Position numbers and translations under genes: made by a program. Positions 7,724 through 16,475 of a stretch of DNA of 42,538 bases are shown here, one piece after another. Numbering within the stretch: position 1 is the stretch's first letter; the number at the start of each line of letters is the position of its first letter. This stretch comes from a virus. Its lineage: Duplodnaviria > Caudoviricetes. The notes beneath the pieces were generated by a model. The model had not been told where the DNA came from and searched no databases. It worked only from the letters and a program-made list of their open reading frames with translations. The stretch is taken from positions 1 through 42,538 of IMG/VR virus record IMGVR_UViG_3300020161_001223; one strand, given 5' to 3'.

Positions 7724-10204
7724 TTATATTTTTAAAATTATTGTTCCATAATTAGCACCACTACCCCAAGAATATGTGTAAGTTCCAGGTATAAGTCCCA
7801 TTGAACTGAAACTACTATTATACCATACTGTATAAGTAGTCATAAAGTTTCCTGATACGTATGTCGAATCTAAAACAAGTGATTCAGAACCGATATATGG
7901 GTTATATACGACTCCCACACCACTACCACTGAAACTACCTGTTGATGCATTATATTGAAAAGCATTACCAAATCCTGAAGATATTGAAAACGTTGACCCA
8001 GTATAAAATCTACCCGACCACGGAGATGATGGTCCTGACGAAAATCTTGACAATCCCGGTGACATATAACGGGATGGATTATCTATTGACGACCTTGGTG
8101 TTAAGTCAGTTAAATTAAATGTACCTGAACCTGACAATACAAGGTCCGCACCACTCTCAAATATTACTATATTAAATATTGATGAAGGTATAGATGTAGG
8201 GGTTGGTGTCGGCGTAGGTGTTGGTGTTGGAGTTGCGGTCGGTGTTGGTGTAGGTGTTGGGGTTGCCGTAGGTGTCGGTGTTGGGGTTGGTGTTGCTGTT
8301 GACGTTGGTGTTGGTGTAGGGGTTGACACCTCCAAGCAATTAGGACACCAAAAATCAAATAAATTGAACTTATCTCTTAAAATTCTAAAATTATGTTGTA
8401 CTTGCGAACTATTAAATGGTTCGGTATACATTCTGAATTGTGATAATGCACCCATAAAAGTCCCACCAAAATTCTGTTCCATAAGAATTTGTGTTGTTAA
8501 CCCGCTATATGTTGTTGCGGATAATATTTCATTTGGGAATAGTTCGGGGTCTTGGATGTATGGTCCCGTAGTTGCGGTATCCGAAGAAAAAATTAAATGG
8601 TCGTGAAGACCCTGAGTTCCACCACCCCAAGATATATTGAATGGAACCCCAATTTGTTTTTCTTTTTCACAATTTAATTCTCTTGGTATGACTTCCTCAA
8701 AGTTTTCAATCACCATAAAGTAATACCCATTGATGTAGATTTTTAATCTACCCATTCTGTAATATGTGTCATCGAACCATTTTCTGTCAAAAACAATTCG
8801 ATATACTTTATCTTCTTTAGTTCCTCCCGAATGCGTTTCAGGTGGCATTATTAAATTGTATGACGTATCATTTAAAATTGATTGGTAAGTAACTTCTCTA
8901 ATATCGTTTAGTCCACCTAAATTAAGTAGGTCACACTCTTCTATTGTGGTGTATCGTTCAAAAACCGCACTTACCATTACCCATCGGTCTTCAGTAATGG
9001 CTGTACATATATAATCACAAATCCCATATATCGGTGGGCTACATACTTCAGTTATGGTATATCCTGTTTGAAAAGTCACCCCCGTAGTTGAGCACGTACC
9101 GGTAGTAACACAATCACCCGTTAATGTCATAACCTTAACACATATTCTTGGGTCGGCAGCGCATCCACTAAATCTTATTGAAAGAGCATTTGATAATACG
9201 TCAAACTTAGGGTCTAACGGTGGTACAGGTATTTGTTCAGTACACGCCCCACATCCACAACCTATATTATGTATTGCAGTTGTTGCACTAAGAGGATAAA
9301 CCTTTACACAATTAGAATTTGTAATACCCGTGTCTGAACATTTACAAGTCTCCAAACTGGTAAGTCCTGATGTGACTCTAGTATATCCACTATCACTTTC
9401 AGGGTGACCATCTGCAAAATGATAATACTTATTTTCTGCTCTAGTCCCAAAATAAAAGAATGTTCCTGCATTATCAGGGTATCTGGTATTTAAGTATTCT
9501 TCTGTTGTTGCACTTATTGTGTATTCATCCGTAATTCTTGGTCTTATTACGGTTTCCATAGTCCAACCTTTATTTAATCTTTCAGGAAAAACTTCATAAT
9601 CGTAACCGAATAATTTATAAAACCCTTGATAAAACCCTCCGTAAAGTTCCTGATAATAACCAATAGTTTGGTCGGTTTTAGATACCATATTATACATTAC
9701 ATTTTTTGGTCTACCCGAAAAAACTTGGTTTGGGGTTAACGTATAACCTGTTACCATATGAAATTTCATTCTTCTATCATAATAGTGGGGATGAAATTTA
9801 TAATCATTTCTTAAACCCATCGTATAGTATAACGTTTGTCCCGTCATACCAGTATACAAACCATTGTCAGTCGCGGTCAAACCAACGTCACAAGTTCCGG
9901 TAAATGCCGATAAACAAGTTAAATCTAAATTATCAGGATTGTAATAATTTTTTGAAACCAAAGTTCCTCCCGTATAAAATGTGTCAAAAAACATTGGGAG
10001 TTGGGGGCAGGAGTCCATATCATTTAAATCTAAATGAATTGGTAAACGGGTTCCGTCATTTAACGCAATAACATCCGTTGAGAATACAACTTCTTCATCA
10101 TAATCCCTTTCATCCGCAGCCAATGTCAAATCAAAATATTGTCTTGAATTCAGAAAACTTTTGTATTTCGGATAATAATATGTATTTAAATTTTGTGTTG
10201 GCAT
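7724..10204 (-). CDS. large putative virion protein: LamG/ConA-like motifs, Cys-rich inserts, Pro-Thr linker and an appended C-terminal domain
   Basis: 826 aa; GWTMETVIRP, W.MVSAVF, LKIYING and FMGALSQFRMYTEPFNSSQVQHNF are LamG-like; late-type motif upstream. Confidence 0.7.
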   Translation of the reverse strand: MPTQNLNTYYYPKYKSFLNSRQYFDLTLAADERDYDEEVVFSTDVIALNDGTRLPIHLDLNDMDSCPQLPMFFDTFYTGGTLVSKNYYNPDNLDLTCLSAFTGTCDVGLTATDNGLYTGMTGQTLYYTMGLRNDYKFHPHYYDRRMKFHMVTGYTLTPNQVFSGRPKNVMYNMVSKTDQTIGYYQELYGGFYQGFYKLFGYDYEVFPERLNKGWTMETVIRPRITDEYTISATTEEYLNTRYPDNAGTFFYFGTRAENKYYHFADGHPESDSGYTRVTSGLTSLETCKCSDTGITNSNCVKVYPLSATTAIHNIGCGCGACTEQIPVPPLDPKFDVLSNALSIRFSGCAADPRICVKVMTLTGDCVTTGTCSTTGVTFQTGYTITEVCSPPIYGICDYICTAITEDRWVMVSAVFERYTTIEECDLLNLGGLNDIREVTYQSILNDTSYNLIMPPETHSGGTKEDKVYRIVFDRKWFDDTYYRMGRLKIYINGYYFMVIENFEEVIPRELNCEKEKQIGVPFNISWGGGTQGLHDHLIFSSDTATTGPYIQDPELFPNEILSATTYSGLTTQILMEQNFGGTFMGALSQFRMYTEPFNSSQVQHNFRILRDKFNLFDFWCPNCLEVSTPTPTPTSTATPTPTPTPTATPTPTPTPTATPTPTPTPTPTPTSIPSSIFNIVIFESGADLVLSGSGTFNLTDLTPRSSIDNPSRYMSPGLSRFSSGPSSPWSGRFYTGSTFSISSGFGNAFQYNASTGSFSGSGVGVVYNPYIGSESLVLDSTYVSGNFMTTYTVWYNSSFSSMGLIPGTYTYSWGSGANYGTIILKI
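8195..8324 (-). repeat. Pro-Thr low-complexity repeat (TPTPTPTSTATPTP...)
   Basis: ~43 codons of degenerate 6-bp ACN-CCN units; locally GC-rich. Confidence 0.9.
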
Positions 10205-10215
10205 TCTTTTTTATG

Positions 10216-10242
10216 ATAAATAGTTTGTTTGAAGTATTTATA
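10216..10242. promoter_or_regulatory. back-to-back pair of putative late promoters
   Basis: TATTTAT on the minus strand (10216-10222) before the ATG at 10204 and TATTTATA on the plus strand (10235-10242) before the ATG at 10256, each oriented with its own gene. Confidence 0.6.
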
Positions 10243-10255
10243 GGTAAAAAGCTCA

Positions 10256-10996
10256 ATGAAGACATATAAATACTCCACAGAAGAAAGGGCGGAAAGAGTT
10301 GCAAAAACTTTGGGTTGTACTGGTTCTCACTATCACAACGAGGATGGTGAAAAAAAATACATGCCTTGTAAGTCCCACGAAATATTTTTAAAAAAAACAA
10401 AATCATCTGAAAAGGAGTCTAAGGAACAGGAAGTCACTGAGCTTGTGGATGACGACGGTACTTGGTTATCATCTGACATTCCAATCTTATCACCCGCAAA
10501 TAATGGTATCGGAACAAAAACCACAGACCAAATTGTTCCGGCAGCAAGAAACCCAAGAGACCCGTTGTTAAGAGGGTGGTATGGGTATTATGGTGAAGGA
10601 AAAGTGGCTGAGGAAAATATGACAAAGGCCTTTGGTTGGAAAGACACAAAAGATATGGATGCCAAAGAAACTTTAAAATACTTCAAAGATGAGTTAGAAA
10701 TGGATGACGATTCCGCAGAAAAAAGAGTTGATGATGAATTTGGTAAAAGTCCCGAAAGAGATAAAAAATCCCAATATAAAAACAAAAAAGGTTTTGTCGG
10801 TAGACCAATACTAAAGGAATTAGAAATGGATGAAGACCTTTTAATACCAAAAGATACTGACGACCAAACCGAAAAAAGAAAAATTAGAGATTTAATCAAT
10901 CCTCTTCTTTTAAGAAACATTAAATCAATTAAAAAATTAGCAAAAGACCAAGGTATTTCTGTTAAAGAATTAATTCAAATGTTAAAAGATGAATAA
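10256..10996 (+). CDS. hypothetical protein with an N-terminal C-H-H-C-H micro-domain; possible internal head protein
   Basis: LGCTGSHYH...YMPCKSH; charged remainder with x-x-E motifs (VTE, ILKE). Confidence 0.7.
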   Translation: MKTYKYSTEERAERVAKTLGCTGSHYHNEDGEKKYMPCKSHEIFLKKTKSSEKESKEQEVTELVDDDGTWLSSDIPILSPANNGIGTKTTDQIVPAARNPRDPLLRGWYGYYGEGKVAEENMTKAFGWKDTKDMDAKETLKYFKDELEMDDDSAEKRVDDEFGKSPERDKKSQYKNKKGFVGRPILKELEMDEDLLIPKDTDDQTEKRKIRDLINPLLLRNIKSIKKLAKDQGISVKELIQMLKDE

Positions 10997-11453
10997 AAAC
11001 TTATACGATAGAATTGCAATTATACCAGATAGTTTGGTAAAACATTTAGAGGATTGTTTTAATTCTATAAATGGGAACCAAAACATTGAGGGTTATAATA
11101 GGAACCAACAACTAAGGCAAGGTAAACAAGCAACATACCAACAAATTAAAAGAATTAAAAGTTGGTTTGATAATTTTTCAGGTAAAAAGGAAGACGCTCC
11201 GTTTGTATTAAATGGTGGTGATAGAATGAAAATTTGGTGTGATGAGGTTTTAAGAGTATGGAGAGAAAATGATAAAGGTGGTAAAAAAATAAAAATGGAT
11301 GCAGGAATGCAAAATCAATTTATAGATGACCACCAAAAAGACCAAATGATAAAAAACCCTTTGGATTCACATTCTAAAACAAATAGTGATATCGATGTTA
11401 GAGTACAAGAAGAATTTAATAAGATGAATAAACTTTATAAAAAAATAATATAA
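10989..11453 (+). CDS. hypothetical phage protein
   Basis: 154 aa, overlaps the upstream gene; GYNRNQQL...IKRIKSWFD...GGD..W pattern. Confidence 0.7.
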   Translation: MNKNLYDRIAIIPDSLVKHLEDCFNSINGNQNIEGYNRNQQLRQGKQATYQQIKRIKSWFDNFSGKKEDAPFVLNGGDRMKIWCDEVLRVWRENDKGGKKIKMDAGMQNQFIDDHQKDQMIKNPLDSHSKTNSDIDVRVQEEFNKMNKLYKKII

Positions 11454-11746
11454 TGGCAGTTCAGTCAGATAAAATGGACTTCTCGCAACCATCAAACGAA
11501 TTAAGTCGTATTGCGGAAGAACAAAGAAAAAAACTTTTCCCAAGAAATGATTTTAATCCGGCAGACCAATACTCATCGGTTCACCCTGATGCAATTGCAG
11601 ATGGTGATAGTATTGGTAGGGGTACTGGTGGTGACTTAGACGTGTATAATCAAAACGCAGGTACTTCAGTAGATAGAACGGAAAGAAAAGATGATTTGAA
11701 AGTTAATAAATTTTCACAAAATAATCCTTATTATACCGTATCGTGA
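11453..11746 (+). CDS. hypothetical phage protein
   Basis: 97 aa, TAATG coupling upstream and GTGA coupling downstream. Confidence 0.7.
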   Translation: MAVQSDKMDFSQPSNELSRIAEEQRKKLFPRNDFNPADQYSSVHPDAIADGDSIGRGTGGDLDVYNQNAGTSVDRTERKDDLKVNKFSQNNPYYTVS

Positions 11747-12141
11747 AGCTTTTAGAAAACCTTTCAAGTATTATTTTAGAACAAGCCAGTTTGGATGTTG
11801 TACAAGATAGTATTAGAAAGAAAAAGGTAATGACAATAAATTATCAGGGAGAAGAATACGGTAAAGGTTACCGTGACATAGAACCTGTTTGTTTAGGCGT
11901 AAGTAAAGCCGGTAATATGGTTTTAAGAGCTTGGGAAACACGAGGAGTATCTCACTCAGAAAAAGTTGAGGGTAACTCCATACCAGGATGGAGAATGTTT
12001 AGATTAGATAAAATATTGACTTATCAACCACAAGGGGATAATTTTACAGAGATGAGACCTAAATACAACCCTAATGGTGATAAACTTATGTCGAGTGTTA
12101 TTATAAACGCAAAATTCGACGACACAGAAAACTTAGCATAA
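11743..12141 (+). CDS. stand-alone WYL-domain protein
   Basis: TINY...RDIEPVCLG...VLRAW...WRMFRLDKI matches the WYL pattern; no HTH or WCX domain. Confidence 0.8.
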   Translation: MKLLENLSSIILEQASLDVVQDSIRKKKVMTINYQGEEYGKGYRDIEPVCLGVSKAGNMVLRAWETRGVSHSEKVEGNSIPGWRMFRLDKILTYQPQGDNFTEMRPKYNPNGDKLMSSVIINAKFDDTENLA

Positions 12142-12142
12142 T

Positions 12143-12751
12143 ATGTCAGATTTAATGCAAAAACTTGCAATATCAAAAAAAATAATGGATGTTCATAATA
12201 ACATTCAAAGAGGTACCGCGTCACCATCAATGCCGATGGTAGAAAACTTCGATACTCCAGCCGCGACTTACAATATACCACAAGAGTTTGCAAACGAAAT
12301 ACCAACACAAAGACCGACTTTTGACCCGTCACAACCTTTAGATGAAAGTAGAATTAAAAATTCAAAACTACCAGATGAAATCAAAAAATTAATGATTGAG
12401 CAACCAATCGTACAACCTAGTTCAATGGGAGGTGGTTCTGTAATTAGTGATGATATAATTGAGGGAGCACAAAGATTAATGAATTTAAATCAAGGTGCAA
12501 CAGCTCAACCACCACAATCTGTTAAAGATTTAACAACAAAACAACCATCACCATCTAATACCAATATGAATGAAATGAAATCTATGATACGTGATGTTGT
12601 TAGAGATACGGTTAGAGATGTAATTAGAGAAGAATTACAGGAAGCAGGAATGTTAGTTGAGTCAACATCAAAATCTAATGATACGATTCAATTTAAAGTT
12701 GGTAGTCACCTTTTTATTGGTAAGGTAACTCAAGTAAAAAAAATTAAATAG
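12143..12751 (+). CDS. hypothetical phage protein
   Basis: 202 aa, Pro/Gln-rich middle, RDVV-RDTV-RDVI-REEL tetrapeptide repeat. Confidence 0.7.
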   Translation: MSDLMQKLAISKKIMDVHNNIQRGTASPSMPMVENFDTPAATYNIPQEFANEIPTQRPTFDPSQPLDESRIKNSKLPDEIKKLMIEQPIVQPSSMGGGSVISDDIIEGAQRLMNLNQGATAQPPQSVKDLTTKQPSPSNTNMNEMKSMIRDVVRDTVRDVIREELQEAGMLVESTSKSNDTIQFKVGSHLFIGKVTQVKKIK

Positions 12752-12773
12752 TATCATCAAAAAATCATTTTAT

Positions 12774-12800
12774 TCCACTCTCAAAAGGAGTGGATTTTTT
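12774..12800 (+). terminator. intrinsic terminator
   Basis: TCCACTC-tcaaaag-GAGTGGA followed by TTTTTT, 22 nt after the stop at 12751. Confidence 0.75.
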
Positions 12801-12821
12801 ATTTAAAATCATTTATCTTTT
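12791..12821 (+). promoter_or_regulatory. possible Bacteroidota-like promoter (TGG-N20-TATCTTTT) for the glycan operon
   Basis: same geometry as the sites at 48-77 and 7333-7364 but with a weaker -33 element. Confidence 0.3.
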
Positions 12822-12838
12822 GGGTAAAAAAAAGATTT

Positions 12839-14053
12839 ATGAGTAAAATAAAAGTTTTAGTACTTCCTTCAGACAAAACGGGTGTTGGTAAATTTAGGTC
12901 TGTAGACCCTCACGTTATGTTACAAAATAGTCATTCTGACGAATTTCACGTAGACATTGATTACGAACCAAAAATTAATGATTTGAATTATTGGAAGCAG
13001 TACGATATTGTGCATTTCCACAGAACAATTGCACACAATTATGACGACTCAGTTAATTTAATATCTAGATTAAACTCTTTAGGTATAATTACGATTATGG
13101 ATTTGGACGATTATTGGTTACCAACTAAAGAACATCCGGTACATCAAATGGTTTTGCAAACTGAACTACATAAAAAAATTATCAATAATTTAAAGGTTGC
13201 GGGATACGTAACAACAACAACTTCAGTTTTTGCAACAGAGATTGCAAAATACAATAAAAATGTATATGTGTTGCCAAATGCAATTAACCCTAAAGAACCT
13301 CAATTCAATGCCAAAACAGAACCTTCAGACAAGTTAAGGTTTGGTTGGTTAGGTGGTTCATCTCACCTTCACGATTTAAAACTTTTAGATGGTACAATTA
13401 ATAAATTATCACCACTAAAAGATAAGTTCAGTATGTATCTTTGTGGTTTTGATATACGTGGGACTGTTACGGAAATAAACCAACAAACAAAAGAACAAAA
13501 ACAAAGAGATATAAAACCAGAAGAAACTGTTTGGGCTAGGTATGAAGAAATTTTTACAGATAACTATAAAATGGTTGACGACAATCATAAAAAATATCTT
13601 ATGAAATTTACCGATGAAGAATATAAATCAGACATACTTCCTTTTTATAATCGAGTTTGGACTAAACCTGTAACAAGTTACGCAAACAATTATAAATGGT
13701 TTGACGTATCTTTAGCACCGATTAAAAACCACGTATTTAACAGAGTAAAATCACAATTAAAGGTTATTGAGGCAGGATTTTATAAAAAGGCAATTATAGC
13801 ATCTAATATCGGTCCTTACACAATCGATTTAAAACACGCACTTAATAAAGGTGAATTCACAAATGGTAACGCATTATTAGTTGATGAAGCAAGAAACCAT
13901 AGTGATTGGTCAAAATATATGAAAAAACTTATTGATAACCCTAACTTAGCATATGACTTAGGGCAACGGTTGTATGAAACAGTGAAAGACACATATGACT
14001 TAAATAAAGTAACAAAAGATAGAGCTGAATTATATAAATCCTTAGTAAAATGA
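12839..14053 (+). CDS. GT-B fold glycosyltransferase (GT4-like)
   Basis: DLDDYW, VLPNAI, GWLGGSSH..DL, FDVSLAPI...FNRVKSQLKVIEAG, IIASNIGPY. Confidence 0.85.
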   Translation: MSKIKVLVLPSDKTGVGKFRSVDPHVMLQNSHSDEFHVDIDYEPKINDLNYWKQYDIVHFHRTIAHNYDDSVNLISRLNSLGIITIMDLDDYWLPTKEHPVHQMVLQTELHKKIINNLKVAGYVTTTTSVFATEIAKYNKNVYVLPNAINPKEPQFNAKTEPSDKLRFGWLGGSSHLHDLKLLDGTINKLSPLKDKFSMYLCGFDIRGTVTEINQQTKEQKQRDIKPEETVWARYEEIFTDNYKMVDDNHKKYLMKFTDEEYKSDILPFYNRVWTKPVTSYANNYKWFDVSLAPIKNHVFNRVKSQLKVIEAGFYKKAIIASNIGPYTIDLKHALNKGEFTNGNALLVDEARNHSDWSKYMKKLIDNPNLAYDLGQRLYETVKDTYDLNKVTKDRAELYKSLVK

Positions 14054-14778
14054 TAAACGTACCTATTAACAAAATTTTATTTTTAGACATCGAAACCGTT
14101 GGTCTTTGTAAAGATTGGTCTTCGTGTCAAGAATCAAACCCAAAAATTGCGGAACAATTTGTTAAATATTTCGATTGGTTTTTAAAAAGATTTCCAGAAG
14201 ATAATATTGAAACAAGTAGTCTCGAAGAAGAGATGCAAAAAATGAATGACGTTTACGCAAAGCGAACCGCATTAGTTCCTGAATTTGCAAAAATTGTTTG
14301 TGTATCTGTTGCGTTTGTTATGGAAAATGGTGAAGTAAAAAAACAAAGTTTTTCAGGAGACAATGAATATGATTTACTTATGGAAGTAAGAATACTTTTA
14401 GATAGATGTAGTAAATTAGATTTTTATCTGTGTGGCCATAATCTTAAAAACTTCGATATCCCTATGTTGGCAAAACGTATGATTATTAATGGAATAAGAC
14501 CATCTAAAATGTTACCGTCGTATGATACAAAACCTTGGGAGGTAAAGGCAATTGACACTAAAGAAATATGGCAATATGGTGCATATACCGCAATTGGTTC
14601 TTTAGATTTAATGTGTGCGTGTTTAGACATACCAACACCGAAAGACGGACCAATTAATGGTGGCATGGTTCACGAAGCGTATTGGAGTGGGGGTAGATTA
14701 CCTGAAATCGTGGAGTACTGTGAAAAAGATGTGGATGTTTTAATAAATGCCATTTTACAATTAAAATCATTAAAATAA
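14050..14778 (+). CDS. PolB-related stand-alone 3'-5' exonuclease (DEDDy)
   Basis: FLDIETV, GHNLKNFDIPML, YCEKDV. Confidence 0.85.
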   Translation: MINVPINKILFLDIETVGLCKDWSSCQESNPKIAEQFVKYFDWFLKRFPEDNIETSSLEEEMQKMNDVYAKRTALVPEFAKIVCVSVAFVMENGEVKKQSFSGDNEYDLLMEVRILLDRCSKLDFYLCGHNLKNFDIPMLAKRMIINGIRPSKMLPSYDTKPWEVKAIDTKEIWQYGAYTAIGSLDLMCACLDIPTPKDGPINGGMVHEAYWSGGRLPEIVEYCEKDVDVLINAILQLKSLK

Positions 14779-14779
14779 T

Positions 14780-15397
14780 ATGTTTAAAGGAATTAAAGAC
14801 GTAAGAGAACAACTTAAAATGTTCAAAAACTTACAATCGCAATTAGGTAATATTGATATGAATAACCCTGAAGAGTTTTTAAAAAAAATGGGGTTAGATA
14901 CCGATGAGTTGAACAAACATTTTGAATCAATAAATGACGACTATACTACTCAACTTACAAAGGCCAAACTTAAATTTGTAAACTCTTCTGAAAATGAAAA
15001 CCCAAATTACGTATACCCATCCGATTCAGGTTTCGATTTAAGAGCATCTGAAGAAGTAATAATTGAAGCTAACTCAAGAGCGTTGGTATCGACCGGTGTG
15101 AGATTAGATATACCTGATTCATATGAAGTACAAATAAGGTCAAAAAGTGGTTTAGCGTTAAACCAAGGATTGTTTGTATTAAATTCACCAGGTACTATTG
15201 ATAGCGGATATCAAGGCGAAATTAAAGTAATACTTTTCAACACCACCAAAGAAATCGTAAAAATACCGAAGGGTCAAAAAATTGCACAAGCGGTACTCTG
15301 TCCTGTTCTTAATGGTAATTGGGTGGATTTAATTGAAGTTAAAGATATTGAATCAAAAGATAGAAACGGTAATGGATTTGGGTCTACAGGACTATGA
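14780..15397 (+). CDS. dut: trimeric dUTPase with a ~60 aa N-terminal extension
   Basis: SGFDL, RSKSGLA, PGTIDSGYQGE, KIAQAV, RNGNGFGSTG. Confidence 0.95.
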   Translation: MFKGIKDVREQLKMFKNLQSQLGNIDMNNPEEFLKKMGLDTDELNKHFESINDDYTTQLTKAKLKFVNSSENENPNYVYPSDSGFDLRASEEVIIEANSRALVSTGVRLDIPDSYEVQIRSKSGLALNQGLFVLNSPGTIDSGYQGEIKVILFNTTKEIVKIPKGQKIAQAVLCPVLNGNWVDLIEVKDIESKDRNGNGFGSTGL

Positions 15398-15398
15398 T

Positions 15399-16475
15399 AT
15401 GTATGATTATTTAATTGTTGGTTCAGGATTTTTTGGTTCTATATGTGCTTATGAACTTAAAAAGAAAGGTTATAAAGTTTGCGTAATAGAAAAAAGAAAC
15501 CATATTGGGGGTAATTGTTATACATCTATTAGAGATAACATAAATGTTCACGATTATGGTCCCCATATATTTCATACATCAAATGAAAAGGTTTGGTCTT
15601 GGATAAATCAGTTTGTTAATTTTAATAATTTTACTTTACGTCCTGTCGCAAACTATAAGGGTGAAATATATTCATTACCTTTTAATATGTGGACTTTTTC
15701 TAAAATCTACAATATCACACACCCACACGAGTTGTTAGAAATTCTTAAAAAGAATTATAACCCAAACCCAAAAAATTTAGAGGAGTGTGCAATAAGTTTA
15801 GTGGGTAAAAAGTGTTATAAAAAACTCATAAAGGGATATACCGAAAAACAGTGGGGAAAGTCATCTAAAGAATTACCGAAAGAAATAATAGAAAGATTAC
15901 CAGTCAGATTAACATACGACAATAATTATTTCAATGACAAATACCAAGGAATACCGATTGGGGGTTATACTCAGATATTTGAGAAATTATTAGACGGTAT
16001 TGATGTAAAATTAAATTCAGACTTTTTTGAGTCTGAATTACCTAAATATAAAAAGTTAATTTATACCGGCCCGATTGATAAATTTTACGATTACAAGTAT
16101 GGTCCTTTAGAATATAAAACCGTAGAATTTGAACATCTTAGATTGAATGTAAAAAATCATCAGGGGACTGTAATGATGAATTACACCGACAAAAAAGTTC
16201 TTAAGACGAGGACAATCGAACACAAACATTTTGAGGGTGTTGACTCAGACATTACTTGGGTTACTAACGAATTTCCTGTCAAATATGTTGCAGAAAAAAA
16301 TGACCCTTATTATCCTGTTAATGATAAACTAAATAATGATTTGTACAAAAAATACAAAGAACTTTCCATTGAGGAAAAAAATGTTTATTTTGGGGGTAGG
16401 CTGGCAGAATACAAATACTATGATATGGATAAAGTGATTTTATCGGCACTCAATTTTATAGAACTAATTAAATGA
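15399..16475 (+). CDS. glf: UDP-galactopyranose mutase
   Basis: MYDYLIVGSGFFG, HIGGNCY, YGPHIFHT, GYTEKQWG, RLPVR..YDNNYFND.YQGIP, GRLAEYKYYDMD; ATG at 15399 preferred. Confidence 0.95.
   Translation: MYDYLIVGSGFFGSICAYELKKKGYKVCVIEKRNHIGGNCYTSIRDNINVHDYGPHIFHTSNEKVWSWINQFVNFNNFTLRPVANYKGEIYSLPFNMWTFSKIYNITHPHELLEILKKNYNPNPKNLEECAISLVGKKCYKKLIKGYTEKQWGKSSKELPKEIIERLPVRLTYDNNYFNDKYQGIPIGGYTQIFEKLLDGIDVKLNSDFFESELPKYKKLIYTGPIDKFYDYKYGPLEYKTVEFEHLRLNVKNHQGTVMMNYTDKKVLKTRTIEHKHFEGVDSDITWVTNEFPVKYVAEKNDPYYPVNDKLNNDLYKKYKELSIEEKNVYFGGRLAEYKYYDMDKVILSALNFIELIK

Noticed and set aside
12590-12637. 12-bp-period repeat (RDVV-RDTV-RDVI-REEL) as a DNA-level element
   Set aside because: Degenerate and in-frame; best explained as a protein helical repeat
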